A DNA stretch of 62,249 bases, filler included, from Choristocarpus tenellus KU-1152 (Eukaryota > Protista > Phaeophyceae), in the NCBI GenBank assembly GCA_964200185.2. It is 9 parts of 9 records of this genome, joined end to end, with 100 filler letters (N's around TTAATTAATTAA, not from the genome) between each part and the next. Parts side by side here need not be neighbours in the genome. Positions count along the whole stretch, not along the records: positions 6,745 to 20,273 come from CAXNAD020001458.1; positions 20,374 to 34,617 come from CAXNAD020001248.1; 7 more parts are not named here. One strand, 5' to 3'. A program made the translations under genes and the position numbers. The stretch's first letter is position 1. Every line of letters starts with the position of its first letter. The notes beneath the pieces were generated by a model, which made no database searches, was not told where the DNA came from, and saw only the letters and a program-made list of their open reading frames with translations. Below are positions 12,645 through 27,206 of the stretch, piece after piece.

Positions 12645-15344
12645 GAGTGCAGTGCTAAGATATTGTTGGAGATTCCTGGTGGCAATGCCAATCCACTTGC
12701 AAGGTGGAGTTAAAGCTAGTTGGGGCATGGTGACTATTGTCGGAACTGTTCTGTTGACTGGGGTAGTGCAATGTAATACCACTTTCAGTCGATGTTGGAA
12801 GACTATTTAGACTATTTTGGTAAGGGGGCCTGCTACGGAGCTTGTTGCTTGCTGAAGAGCACAACACTAAGCTGTTCATAAACACATTTATATTTTTTGC
12901 GGGGGTTACCAGGGCTGCAGTTTCACGCAACCAAAATTGCACAGGTACAACATGGGAATTATTATCTGTCTACAGGCATTTGCCCCGAGTTTTTTTGTCC
13001 ATAATAGAGCAAAATGGTGCATCAATTAAGACATGGATGTCTCAACTTTGATGTGTAGTTGTCCATACACAGATTTCCCTGGGTCATCTGTGAATGTTAG
13101 GAGGGATGAACTTTCCTCATCACGCATCCAGGTCAAAATTGTGTCTATTTTTGACCCTGTTTCAAAGTTGGGGTTGAGCTGATTGATGAATGCCGAAGCT
13201 GGGGTTGTCCAATTTTTTGTTGTGGTTCTCCTTGTGTCAAGTGTGATGTCACGTATATATGTGCCAGCGTTGGCTTGATGTTGGAGTCAGTCCTGGAATA
13301 GCAACAAATGCATGTAGTATAATACCAAATGCTCACATATTGCAGAGGCCAGGTCAAAGACAAAGATGGAAGATAGTGGGTATGACTGGATTATTTCACA
13401 GATAAGCTGCTGCTCCGATGTCTTTGTGTTTAATCCATGTGCATCAGAATTAATCGATTTTGGGGGTTTTGAGTGTGTATTTCAGAAAGCAGGGGCAGTA
13501 CACTATGGCATGTACTTTGTTCTAGATAGCTCACACTACATAGGAGTTATTGAAATGTATCTGTATACATCATACTATTATGGCCGGTCAATCAAAATTT
13601 TCCTCTTTAATGGGGTAGTGTGTCATATCGCAGATAGCAGAGCAAGAGGTGAAAGGTCGTCCATCATTTTGGCAGAGTGGCAGCAGATAGGACTGGAGAC
13701 CCTTTTCATCACCACACCATTGACTTCAGCATCCTTTGCGTGTGTTATATCTTTCATGTCAGCACTTGCCTGAAGTTTATGCTGAGTAGTCTAGAATGGG
13801 GAGCTAGCTACAGAAGCTAAAGCAGAAGTATGGTAGGTTAGGGTTAATTGTATTGAATGCTCCAGAGCATTTGTGATACTGATACTTGAAGTAAAACAAA
13901 AGCCAGATGAGTGATATTGCTGGACTAGTGGTAGTTGCTACTACTAGGAGCAGCAGCAGCAATGCTTTGGGCAAGGAAGTAGGGTAAAGCTTGTGACCTG
14001 GGACGTCCTAGATACCAAAAAATATTTAGCTTACCAGTCTATCCAGGAACTCTATTCTGCTAATGTGTATGTGGTCATTGTCAGTGATGTATGTACTAAT
14101 AGTTAGGGTTAGGGAAAGGCAACATCAACAACAAGAGGGATAGTTTTATGAAGTAATCTGAGTTTAGTGAGAGTGAGAATTCACTTTGGTCAACCAGCAA
14201 ACCAGTTGACATTCTAACACAAAGAAAGAAAAGGTAAATAGGAGGGACAAAAGGTCAAAGAGTGAATACCTTTATAACAGACTTTGTAAGTTGTCGGGAA
14301 GTTATTAAGAAAGAGCGGCACTTAGGGGGCAGAGGCCGAGGAAGGGTAGAAGAGAAAGGACAGAGTCAAAGGTTTCGAGGAAGAAGGGTTAAGGGGGCAG
14401 GCTCAGGGTAACCTCGGGGCTATCTTTCCCACCTACCCACCATCTCGATTGGTCACGACTGAGTGGACTTCGGGTGGGGGGGGGGATCAAGCTCGGGCAG
14501 GGTAGATGTCTTCTAGTTTAAACATTTTGGTATGGGAGTGGATGAAGGTGGAGTGTTTTGGTTGAATGTGAAGTGTGATGGATGGAGGTGGAGCTTTTTG
14601 GGAGGATTGGTGTGGGATTGGATTCGCGGAAATCAGTCGCATTAGTTTGTGAGTGGAGACACGGAAATTGGCTGGATTGGTGAGGGGTTGATAGGCAGAG
14701 AGCGGCCACAATGATTTGGAAGTGGATACGCAGAATTGCCCACATTGGTACGTGACTGGATACATACGCATAAATTCGCCCTATTATACAGTTGGGGTGG
14801 TAACATGGTCTGGAATTGGTGTGGTAACAAATGGTTGTGTAACGTTGGTGTGGTATGGAGTAAGTGGCATGAAGTCAGTTGATGAGGAGTGGAGTGAATG
14901 TAAGGCTAAGAGTGGCCAACTGATTAAGTCAGAATTCGTGAGTGAACCAAAATAATATTGATACAGAAAATTGAAAAATAGAACTAGAAACGGTCAACTT
15001 GGAAATTCGAGTGACTGTATTTCTAATGAAGTAAAATAAAAAAATGGATACATTACAAATTAAAGAATCATCTCCTTCCAAAACCGTCCCTTCAATCCTC
15101 TTAGTATGAAAATGTAACATTTTCAGAGTATGAACAAATAACAGCCGATTTCAAAAATTGAGGATGGAGCTTTTCATTGAGGATGGACTTGACCCAAAAT
15201 TGACTGGGATAAAAGAAAATAGGAAATAACAGAAAAAGGAACCCAGAAAACACCATCATCACCAAAAACACAAGAGGGGAAGAAACAGAAAAAAGGACAG
15301 ATGATGCAAGACAATCAGCCCCAAGGAAAGCAATCTTCAGCAAA

Positions 15345-16145
15345 CATCGGTGGTGGTGGCAGAGTTTGGGGCTTGGGCGACCTTAGCCGCTGCTTTGGTG
15401 TGACGTACATCAGCTATCACAGTTTCCTTGGAAAAGCCATTTGGTCATGAATCTTGATGTTCCATCAGCCACGCACACACTCGTACCACTCATATTGGTT
15501 AGGTGGCCTTGGGGCTCCAAACCTCAACTCCAATCTTAAAACGTGTCAGGGTCATCTTGGAGGCATGTTCACCAGTTCCTCTCCTATTGCTTCCGTTTGC
15601 CAACCTGAATTTCCCCAAACATCAATACCTTGGGAAGTCGTTCATTCTCCTTACGAACAGCTGTTACCTCCATTTCTCACACCCAGTCTTCATAAGAGTA
15701 CCTTTGTAAGATGGGACATGATCAGTGCGTTCCTGTTTGGGGGCTCCAAATGGACACCTGACTCCCCCCTCTAGGATACTATGGGCCCCACAAGCATTGC
15801 CATCACCCTGACCAATCTTCCTTAGGTCTTGGAGACGATGCTTACATCGTCAGAATAAACCACGCCCTACAACGCAATTCTCCTCCTCTGATGATCTGGT
15901 CGTTTGTGGGCACACCCTTCTTGATGACAACAACATCCTTGAAGATGGCCGGTTCAGAGGTGAACTCCTTAACTGCCACACTTTGCAATGAAGTGAGGAA
16001 GCTATTGAAGAGGATCGGAGCAAGAACACACCCCTGCCGAACACCCTTTCCAACCTGCTATGACCAGCCTATTATGCGCTGTCCACCATCCATGCGAACA
16101 CATGCTGTTACGCCATTATGGAATTGGCGTAATAGTGCCAGCAGG
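15345..16145 (-). mobile_element. Degraded RTE-clade LINE fragment (RT and C-terminus)
   Basis: Minus-strand translations give GKGVRQGCVLAPILFN (LINE RT motif, about 16050-16000) and ERLPKVLMFGEIQVGKRK (RTE C-terminal motif, about 15650-15590), with stops and frameshifts. Confidence 0.85.
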
Positions 16146-16737
16146 TAAAAATCCAAGGACGAGAACTTACCTGCTCAGTCCGCTAGCCTACAACTCATTC
16201 ATTGAACTTTTTCACCCACTCAACTTTGGTACAACGCTACGGAGTACCATATATGTACGTGCCAGACGTGTTCTTTGTCACAACAAAACTAGTAGTAATA
16301 TTGAAACTTGCAAATATATATATATATATATATACATTACTACGTTTTTTATTATTATTCCCTCTGACATTTTACAGAACTAATGAAAACTATAGTGTTA
16401 CTACTTTAATATTGATACACTTTTTACATATTATTCAATACTCGGAGCAGTAGGGTATACTGTATGGGAATGTTGTTGACACATCAGAAAGTAAGGTCAA
16501 TGTACGTTCGTCAATGCTTTCTTGGCATTTGATTGGTCTGTTTGAATTCAATAAGTTCAAGTTGATGACTACTCACTAATTGTATATACTGTCTCCACAC
16601 CAAAGAACAAGGTGAATCGTTGTTCCACTTGGTGGTGAGTCATTTCATCTCTGTGTTGGCCTTGATTATGGTCCCACAGCAGCCCATAAGACACTTTGAG
16701 CCAACACTCTTAAGGCAATCAACCTAGTCTCTGATTT

Positions 16738-18477
16738 ATGCACACGATGTTGGGTATTCCATTTTTGGCTGCGGTTTCCCTTCTCTCTTCAGTTTCGACC
16801 TATGGGTGGTTATTAAAGGCACCGTGTGTATCGAACCCTTCTCCATGGACGCCGAAGACGTTAGAAATCCGTTCCAACCCTGGTCACGCATCTACATCCA
16901 AACCCAGAATGGTTGTTACTGGGGTACCATCAGCCAAACGAAAGGGGAAGAAGAGGGGTTGGGACGCCAGCTTCGCTGAGAGTGTGACCAAGTCCATCGT
17001 GGCTTCGCCGGCGTTCGAGAAGCTGAAGGATGTGGCTCGGGACATGATGGTCAAGGGTGCGGAAAAGAGAGGCCTAGATTGGACAGGGATCGTGGAGAAC
17101 CTCGAGGTGAGCCTCACCTGCTACATCCTGTTTATTTTTATACACGAAATAGTATTAACCTCCACTCACATTCTCGTTCACCCTCCCACTAACCGCAGGG
17201 AGCTCAGAATTGGGAGAAGATGCGTAAAGAGATCATAGCAAACTCCAACGTAAGGGTCCCTGAATACTACCTCAAGCAATTCCATGCCTACGGTGAGGGA
17301 AATCTTTGCTGGCAAGCAGCGTTCGAGCAGGAGATCGCCTCCCTTGCTGTTGGTATTCGTTCTTTCCCCAAGGATGGCCTTGATGCTGAACAGCGACTAC
17401 GCAAGGCCTTCCTGGACCAGCTAATGCGCCTTGGAGCTGATGTGAGCCTTGCAAACTGACTCCTATCTTGTTAATAATAAGTCATTTATCTACAATATCG
17501 ACAATATCTGTGTAATATCTCCTTATTCCAATGTGTTCGGTATTCTTTATTACTACGACATCCATACGCGACTCCACTGATCCTGGGTGTGATATAAGAT
17601 GCTCCCTCTACACCAAGAGTGGAGCCAATATGCTGCTCTCAGCATCCCACTATGTCCTATTATGTCCGATGCCCTGTAGTGTTTATGGCATGCTCTCCAT
17701 GGGAGGACATCACTACTGTCCTCCAGTGAAAATAGATGTTTGCGTCTGTTCAATGCTAAACCTAAGTCTCCGATTGTAATGTCTGAATGGATTGTTGGAA
17801 CCCTCTGAATCTTCCCTCCTGATGTATTATTTACACCTAGTCCTATATCAAAATTGACCGATCAGGTTGAGAGGGGAGGAGTGATAGTGGACTTTGGTTG
17901 CGGCTCGGGATCGAGCACACGTCTCCTGGCGGAGCACTTTCAACAAGCGCGACAAGTCATTGGGATCGACCTCTCCCCATATATGTTGGCGGTGGGGAAG
18001 CACCTTATGAAAGCACGAGGCCTTGCCCGCCGCATCACTCTCATGCATGGAGACGTTGCTGACACACGCTTGCAAGAGGGATCTGCCTCCCTAGTAGCCT
18101 GCACGTACGTCCTGCATGAGATGCCTCAGGAAGCAGCCACCCAGGTATTCGAGGAGGCCTACCGTCTGCTAAAGCCAGGGGGAAGCCTAGCGATCATGGA
18201 CATGGACCCTGAAGCGCCTGGCTACGTGCGCCTGGCGTCCAACCCACTGCTCTTCTTCATTGTTCGAGCGACTGAGCCCTACCTCAATGATTGGTTTGCC
18301 CGTGCTCCTCATATTGAGAAAAGCTTGATGGAGGCTGGCTTCAGTGTAGTGCGAAAGGGGGCGGTGACTGGCAGACACTTTCTCGTCGTTGCAACAAAGC
18401 CTGGAGCTGTTGACCTCCGCCCTACTTCTGGTGTCAGGGACTCCATGGACGAGCACCTGCCCACATGGGAGACCTGA
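16738..18477 (+). CDS. Class I SAM-dependent methyltransferase (cyanobacterial/plant-type), probably plastid-targeted
   Basis: Exons 16738-17106, 17199-17441 and 17866-18477 with in-phase GT-AG introns. Motifs PEYYLKQFHAYGEGNLCW, VDFGCGSGSST, GIDLSPYML, YVLHEMP and LLKPGG. Hydrophobic N-terminus followed by an S/T/K/R-rich transit-like segment. Confidence 0.92.
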
Positions 18478-21400
18478 GAGATTGTGAAATGGTTGAAGGC
18501 AGAGAGATATTAAGCACCTCAATTATGCACAACCATCATTTAGAACATTGGAGGAATCATGATGAGGAAGGGATTGTTATATGTTCGATATAAACACAAG
18601 ACCTGCTCTAACTGTGTCTCTTCGTTAATTCTGAAGGGAACCAGATAGATCTTCTTGTACAAAGGCTGGAAGTACAAACGTATATTGTAATTTTGATTAT
18701 GGTGGAAGGATGGGTAGTGTTAATAGGTCTCAACGAGATGCACCAAGTCTTTCCACAACAAACAGCGCATCTCCACTCAGAAAGTGTAGGTTTTGTGTTG
18801 AGCGAATGAGATGCTCCACAACTTGTATTGGGGGGAAGTTTGAATTTCCCTGTTGTGTTTATGTCCCGCGTTGCAAATAAGGCATGTCCAGTGTGAGCAT
18901 ACACAGGCTGCTATTGACATTGCCATGTGTCTTGTATGTAGAGGAAACATTTATGTGAAATGTGTACCTGTCCTGGCAGACCACTTTGTAGTTATGTATT
19001 TGATGTTCTCAAAATATTTATGGATGGGATTAATATTGTCAACAGCCATTGCTCCTTTGGAATTAGTCCTTTTTGAAACCCTTCCTGCCGAAGTGCTGTT
19101 TATAGTGATTGTAGGACAGGCAGCAAGAGGGTTGAGGGCATCAAGGTCCCCTTGTACTATTTCCACTGCCTATTTCTCACAGAATCTTGGCTGTAGGCTT
19201 CTCTAAAGATATTATAGGCTCAACTGCGTCCTGGCAAGTATCGGCTGGGACATGTTTTTCTGGTTGTGCTGGAAGTGCTTGGAATTCACCTACTGCTTTA
19301 GTGGGTAATGTGTCTTTTTATCCACACAGCATCACCTTGCGTTACTGCTTGTGCAGGGACTTGCCCTTTTTTGCGTGTGAGAATCATGATAAAAGGTCTC
19401 TTACGTGCAACATGAGAAGGAAGATGACCCTTTTAAAGACAAAAGGTGATGAATAATATATGTGAAGACATTGTATACGATGATACTTTTCTTATTCTTT
19501 GTATAATTGATGTTCTGCCCTGTGACATCTTTGAGTTGTTTCACATGAAGCAAGGACAAGGAAGGAATCTTGCATTCTCAAGCTCCAAACTGGGCAGGGT
19601 AAAGGTGATAGGGTTGAGCCTTGGACAACAGCACGATTAGAGTGTTCTCTAACAGGAACGGTCCAGGGGTTTGGAGATGAAGGATTTGCAAGGCTGGTCC
19701 AAAGCCTTAACACCTCCAAAACAACCAGGCTGCAAGGCGGGGTTCAAATGTGACTTTTTTTTAAAGGGTTCAGTCCGGTCTCAGGTTGGTTGGACAGGAC
19801 TGTGTGTGGTTGGTATGAGACCAATCCTACGATTAAATCTGTACAATAGTAGAATAATATGTATCACATATATTTCATCCTTGCAGTTTACTACATTTGT
19901 GTATCATTAATAGTGTACCACAAAGTACTACTTACTCTAATATATTACTGGTATTATCTATGTAGATTATTATTGTCAACTTACAATATTTACAATCAGA
20001 AGCAAAAATTATTATCTGTAAGAACCAAGGACGGATCCTAATTTTGGAGGTTTTCTAAAACGGTACTCGTTGTATCATTATTATGAGAGTAAGAGGAACG
20101 GTCCCTACCAATTCTGTAAGGAGGCTCTATCAAACAGGTGCCCAGTGGCAGGGTGCAGGAGGCAGAATGTCAATACCAGACATGCCCGCACCTGCCCCAG
20201 GGCAGGGGACAGGTACGACAGCACACTACAATGGTTAATCGCCTGCACCAACTATGCAAGGGGATGGGCATCCNNNNNNNNNNNNNNNNNNNNNNNNNNN
20301 NNNNNNNNNNNNNNNNNTTAATTAATTAANNNNNNNNNNNNNNNNNNNNNNNNNNNNNNNNNNNNNNNNNNNNCCCCCCCCCCAACCCCCCCCCCCCCCC
20401 CCCCCAGATACTTTGACCCACTTAGCTCTCAGTACTGACCACAATTTTCTTCACGCTTGCTATAAACGTGAAGTATTTTAAAACTGAATGCACAATTTTT
20501 TTGTGCAAGTTTTGGCAGATCCTTGCATGTTCCGCTATATATAAAATAGCGTGATTTGTCACAAATAGTCCCCCACATTGATGACCTTACGGTCTTAGGA
20601 TGGACTGATGTTTTATCTAGGTTTTCCCCAGGATTGAGGACCAGTTTTCTAGAGACTATTTGGTGATCTGGAGTACTCTGTGGTTTTGTGAGATTCAACT
20701 TGTCAGAATTGCAAAGACAGTTAGCAATAGCTGGACAGTGCATTAATATTATTCATCATAGATTTGGTATGGATGGGGCAAAGAAAGGTGTGGTGAGAAG
20801 CATGGTCAAATTGTGGCTTTTTTACAATTGCTTATTGGAACTTTTCTGGATTCTGTCAACAAGTTTCAAAAAATACAGAAATCAACCCTCTCAAGTCAAA
20901 CATTTGATCAATCAAAATATTGGTGAATTGCAAAACATTGAAAAGAGTGACTTGAAATGAAAATTGGCCTGGGTGCCTCTGGTTTTCTCTAAACAAAGTG
21001 GCCACAGATAGTTTTTTCACATTCAGAAATCACAATTTAGTACTAGAGTATCTTCAGCATCCTACTTGAACTCCTTTGAATTGTTGTAACGTAAGCTAGA
21101 GATCTATCAACACAAAAGGTTCCAATAATATATAGAATGCAAAACATCATGGAGACATCTGATGCACAATATGAACAGGGATGAAGTGTAATGTCCAGAG
21201 CTGCAATAATTCGATCAGCTTCAGTTCACCTATTTGAGGATATTTGAGATAATAACTGAAAGGTTTGGTTGATCAATTTTATTTTCATGTAAGACAAGTA
21301 GAATCAACGTATCTTCTATGTATTTACCCTCCCTCCGTCCAGCTCAAGAATGCTGTAATCATATGCTATTACAAGCAACATCATAATAGTCAAAGAGTGT

Positions 21401-22273
21401 GATAAAATCAGAAGGAATCCATCTTCACTCCTCTCAGTCAACCCCTCAAACCACATATTCTTCACCCTTCCTAAACCTAGATAAAAGTGATGAGAGACAT
21501 ATACGACCTGTCTCAGATGATATAACAGGAGATCATGCCTCTGGTGATAAAGAAAGATCACAGAAAAGAGGTTGAGTTGAAATGTTGCGGTTTCTAAATA
21601 TCCCCATTCCATCCACAAAGCTTTTTTGCCTTGTGAAGTCACTACATGATCAGCACATCTTGTATTGTGGGAGACAGTTCAACTAATGAAGTATTTCTCC
21701 CCAAATACGTTTTAGCTGTGAATTATTTTTTGTTCCAAACATGTTGCAGCTTCAAAGTTGCTAAAAGCAATGCAAGTGCCCTGACTTAGGTTGTGCCTGC
21801 GAATTTTGATTACAGGAATATTTGGGCTTGGCTCTATCATTGTATGCAAGGGTCTGAAGACTATCTGCTAATTGATGCTCTAAGGTGTATCATCCCCTAC
21901 TCCAAGCAGTGTATGTTTTGTGTTGCAACCTGGCGAACCACTTCTAAATATCACGCCTCTGGCATGATATAGTGAGCTTAAATGTAAATTGAAACTTATT
22001 ACTTCCTGCTGACTGCTGGAAGCATTGAGAGAACCAACCTTCTGCTCTCCTCTGCATGCTCAAGCCGCTACCGGCAACTGTGGTTTCATGTGTATCAATA
22101 GGAACCATAACAACCACGATTCTGGGGGAGGAATCACACTTGGCAGTACTCTGTATGGGCAAGTTTTTGAGGACAGCACTGTGTGTCAACACTACTGCAT
22201 CCTTTTGACATAATGTGCTGTATAGGCGTTGTGATATTAGAGCACCAGTTTGAGCGATCCAACTCCTGTTTCT

Positions 22274-24728
22274 ATGCAATGCTGCCCTTTCTCACAGAAG
22301 AGGAAGTTTGAGTGCTGGCTCCTCCTGATAAAGAGACAAGCAGTTTTCATTGTGCGTGCAGCCCTTGCTGGGTTCATTGCCTTTGAGATTCTTCAATTGA
22401 TTTCATGTGAACAATGGAATGGTTGTCACATCGAGGAGATGGATGATGTTCAAGCTCCCAAGAAGGTAACGAGAGAGAAATCTAACCTTGCAGATGTCCT
22501 GTTCACTCACATGGGCCAATAATACATGTTTCACAATTAGTGGTTTTGTGGCAATTTTGTTAAAGTCCAGTGCAGAATTTCTTGAATGCTTGTGGTTTGT
22601 CCTCTTGTGATCCCTCATTAAGTATATATATTTGAGTTTGTTGGCTCACATAGAGATTTTATATGTAGATATTGATATTCCAATTGTTTGTTGCTCAAAG
22701 TAGCAGTTGATGTTGTGGGACCTTGTTCTGGGACTACGACAACTTCTCGTTTTATCCTCAGGTTCAATTTGATGATTCTGCTTCCCAAGTCCTGGTCCAG
22801 CAAAATGTCCAACTGCCCAACATAATATTTGTAAAGCCCCACAAGGTGGGATCTAGCTCAATGTCAAATCTTGTCCGACTCATAGCGGCACGAAATGGTG
22901 GTGTAGCAAGTGAGTACCAGAGGAAGACCAAGTGCAGGGATATGTTTGCAAAGAAGATGATGCAGCCAATTATTCCACAGTTGCACATATGGGCAGACCA
23001 CTGCAAGTGCTCAAAGCTGTTGGAAGATGTTGAAAGGGATATTGTGAAACAAGCATTCACCTTCACCCTTGTGAGGGATCCAGTGGATCGCTGCCTTAGT
23101 GGTTACTACTACTATTTTGAGACAAACAACCCGCATATAGTCCTCTCGGAGCAGGGCAGAACACACAATAAGGTGCGATTATGTGTCAATATGGTGAAGT
23201 AAAGTCTTGCCTCTGCTATTTCAGTGATTGTCTGTGCAGAACTGCATTGAAAAGGAGAAAACAGAGCAAGGCAATCCACCAGCTGACTTGTCAGTGGTTC
23301 GGATGAGTTTGGGATTGCAATTATAGACAGTTGTGGGTTACACTCTTCATATGGAGAGGCTGACCAAGTAAGCATGATAAGAAATGATGAATGTCAATTT
23401 TCATAGGACAAAATTCTAGAATGAGGAGCACAATTTAGTTCTGAAGAATTTTTCTAAAGTGAGTCGTCACATGCATCCAAGTACTCTCTCATATCCCCTA
23501 AACTTTGACCTAACTTGTGTACGTGATGCCATCAATTTCTTTACAGTAATTGATTTATTTCATTCTGAGTCCATTGCCTCAGTCTGGAAGGCAATGGTAT
23601 GCGTAAGGCTCTCTTAATGCCTCTGTTTTCTAGTGCCTCTGAAAAGATTTGTTTCGTCAGGTAACTCCATCTCTTCTTTGACTTTTTTGGGTGCTCATAG
23701 TCTTTGACCCTGGAAACCTTGGCACCCCCTGACCTTGTCCCAGCTTAAGTACGGTCCATGTGGGAATCATGGTTCACAGATGAAGGAGATAAGACCCACA
23801 AAAAATGCAACTGTGGCAGAAACAGTTGATTTCTATGATCTGGTGGGTATCACAGGACGCTTCATGGAGAGCTTGACTGTCATGAAAATGTTCCTAGGTG
23901 TGTCGCTGCCTTGTGCAATCCTAGTTCTGCTAATCGTGACGTAAGTTATAATCAGGTGCACATAGCTGTGTTGAAAGGACAAAAAACATTATTCTGTATG
24001 GTGTAAGCGATGTTACCTGATATTGAGGGGTAGATTAAATCGATGATGCAGCTCCAGTGTTCATAAGACTCAAGTGTTACTGCCTATTCATCCTTGTACC
24101 TATGACGTTAACCAGGTCTAAGCTATGGAGATATGTTGTTCTTTGATGATAAGAGATCTGGCAACGGACACCTTGCTCCGCGCCTTCCTATGTCGAGCGA
24201 ACCTCCTGAAGTGCTGGAACACTTCAAGGTGATTGTCAATTTTCTTAGATCTAGCCCTGCATACTCTTGTTAACAATTTGTCTGGCCAATCACCAAATCA
24301 TGCGTTCATTGGTGCAGTTACTTTATTTAGAGTAATCTACCGTTCCTTCCTGCAGGTTCTAATCACAGCGGTTGCAGCAATTGATTGTTCTACACTCTTG
24401 ATAAGAATCGATCCTGCAAATTACGCCTGCGTGCCTGTCCCCTCAGAACCTGAATGATCCCATGGACGAAGAACTCTTCAGGTTGGCATCAAAAAAATTG
24501 GATATGATCATAAGAAAGCTTCAGCCAGAGTTCTCCGTGGTGAATGAGACCCTGACTCGTACCCTCAGAGAAGCCCGAAACACATGTGGGGATACAAGTC
24601 GGAGTGACAAGATTGATGGTGCATTTGGATGCTTTGGTCGTGGAAATTGTCGTATATCATGTCTGAGAAACTTTGCAGCTGAGGCAGGACTGCTAGAGCG
24701 CCCACCTACAGTTAATATCACTGTTTGA
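22274..24728 (+). CDS. Galactose-3-O-sulfotransferase-like (Golgi type II membrane) sulfotransferase
   Basis: Exons at about 22274-22465 (TM anchor; true start uncertain), 22762-23172, 23744-23897, 24116-24228 and 24447-24728, all in phase. 5'-PSB motif FVKPHKVGSSS, 3'-PB motif LVRDPVDRCLSGYYY, and YDLVGITGRFMESL. Confidence 0.88.
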
Positions 24729-25448
24729 CCCTGAGAGGGTGGAACTGTGTTCGGTGTTTATTGTGTATACTTGCCCCTTGCATGTAACTGCCTTACACTT
24801 GACCAGGAAAATGTTGATACTGGTTGCACATGGTCCTAATTGGTGTAAGTATAGCTGAAGTCCAAATAATTTTAATAGGGTATGTACAGAACATGCTAAA
24901 CCTGTGAGTAGAGCTTGTTTTGTAGGGGTTTTCTGCTGGAAAACGCTGGAATGTTATTTCCTTTCAGCAGGAGATGGGCATCAACTGGTGTTCTTTTGAC
25001 ATCGAAATAGTTGCAACAAACCAGTTATCCACTGGTTAACAGAATAATGATTGGTGGTAAATGTTGTGGTGGTCCTGATAGAAGAGAAAGAATGGTTGTT
25101 GGCAAGGTTTGTTGCACTTTTGTGAATGCCTCACACCTTCTTTCTATCCTACTGCAGAATTCGTCAATGCAGTTATTTTGCTCTTGTTCTTGTCCTGGGA
25201 AATATTCCTCCAATAGGTAGTTCTCTTTATCTTGTACTGACATCTAAAGGCTGGTGCGATTTGAATGGAGGAGATACAAGGAACACAGTGGTTACTGGGA
25301 AGGTTAGTGACGGCAATATCAAGATTACTACAATGAAAAACAACTGGATCGATGAAGTTGAAACTGCTACACAGCTACGTCTTTAGCAGGGGTTTTACGT
25401 GCATTTTTTCCTGGCAGGTTTATACAGCGCTTAAGAAATAACCCTAAC

Positions 25449-25592
25449 CCCCGAAGTATCTGTTGGGGAGGGGGGGTCTGCGCCAGGGTGTCCATTCGGG
25501 CACTGACAAGGAAAAGTGAACCTCTATTATCCTACTGATGCATGCAATCAAACCACCCAAAATTGTGGCATGGAAAAATGGGTCCCAAATGG
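25449..25592 (-). mobile_element. MITE family A, partial inverted copy
   Basis: aagtatctg...gggtgtccatt...ggaaaagtg...gcaatcaaaccaccca...cccaaatgg is the reverse complement of the family A core. Confidence 0.65.
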
Positions 25593-26948
25593 TAATAGAA
25601 GGAGGCATGTTTTAGCGAGGACCATATTGGGGTGAGTGCTACAAGAGTACACCTGAAGGCCAATTAGGAGGGAACAAAAGTAAGCCAGCATGGTGATATC
25701 CAGGCAAAGTAAAAGGAACAAGAGGGAGGCAGGATTAGATCCCTTTCCAGGTCAAGGCACATTTCTGTGCCCTGAGCGTAAAACCTGTTTCGTTGACTTT
25801 CGGGTACAATAGAGACTGAAAATTATGTTCCCCTTTCCGCAACAAAAAAGGGGGCTGTTTTGGTCGTTGGTTGCAATCCTTATCATTTAACCTACCCTCC
25901 CTCTCATGTACTTTCGTTTGATTTTATTGGGCCCCAAGGAGTTTTGTCTATGGTGGAAAACTAGGAGATCCCATCGGAAGGTCATGAAGTCTTGTGATCA
26001 GAAATGTTTCCGCAATAGTATATTGAAGTATGGCACTTCACGGGCTCGCTTGTGGGCTATTTTTCTGGATGTTGATCACTTGATTGACATAGGAAAGAAA
26101 TGTGAATAGGGGAGGGACCGGTAGCAAATCTGCGTTGGAGGAGGAGAAAGCTTCCAAGGCCTATGGAATGAATATAGTTGTGTTCAGTCCTGACAGGCAG
26201 TCAAACAAAGTAAGGCACTGGAGTTGGGTCGTGCATTTGTGACAGATTGAGCTGTCGAAAGATTCTGAGGACTTCCTAAATGAGATATGGAGTGTACATC
26301 AATGCACGCTTGAATGGGATATATGCAGAATGAATCTTTTTAAAACTTCATCACAAGGTACAGAGCCTCTAATCAAGAGAATGTATCATTATCCTACACT
26401 ATGAAACTCAATGGTGCTCACTGTGCAGGATCCACAAAACCTTTTTTCGCGAAGCACATCACTAGGCTTACCACATTGAATTTCATCAGTACACTGGGTC
26501 ACTTCTATGCTACCACAAGACTTCAAGCATCTTCACAGAGAACACTTCACAGGAATCAGCACTCCATCCAATCTTAGGTTCTAACAAAGGATTGAACACA
26601 GGGCAACAAATTCAACGTAGTACAGGTGGTACAAGGGTGTGGTTGATGGAACATAGAATTTCATGGCATAGTTAAATGATGGAAAAGCTGTGATAGTTGA
26701 TGTACGCCATGTTGCTGAAGCAACAAATCAGCCCAAGCATCTCAGGACAAATGCATGCTCAAAACTGCTTGCTGAATGCTGTCTTTCCAGTTTCGTTTTT
26801 TGGTTGAATATTCTTGGTTCCCCTTTTCTTTTTTGTGGCATGTGATGGAGATGTTTGTTTGGATGGGCTTGGTGTCACACTGAATTATTTTCCTGCTTTA
26901 GTTTCCCCCATTCTTCCCATAGGACCTGGCAATGATAATGACACTGAT

Positions 26949-27206
26949 GAGTCAAAGTATCTTAGAGGGTAGAGCCGCGTCCGTTTGGGGGTCAAAATCT
27001 AATGTTGCGATTTTGACGTAATTTCGGCTACCGTGTTTGTTAGGAAGTATCAATATCCTTGTTCCGAACACATATTTTAATAACGTATACATTTTACCCA
27101 CTCCAAAACATTTTGGAGAAGGAAAATGTCATATAGAACCTGTGGGAAGACAAGCCCCAAATGGACAAACAGGGCAAAATTCGTACCCTCTAAGATACTT
27201 TCACTC
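26949..27206 (+). mobile_element. MITE family B (Sola2-like), complete
   Basis: TIR gagtcaaagtatcttagagggta / taccctctaagatactttcactc; TSD TGAT at 26945-26948 and 27207-27210. Confidence 0.9.

Noticed and set aside
12700-14900. LINE endonuclease or 3'-end remnants
   Set aside because: Only faint resemblance (HGLNTK); not enough to call.
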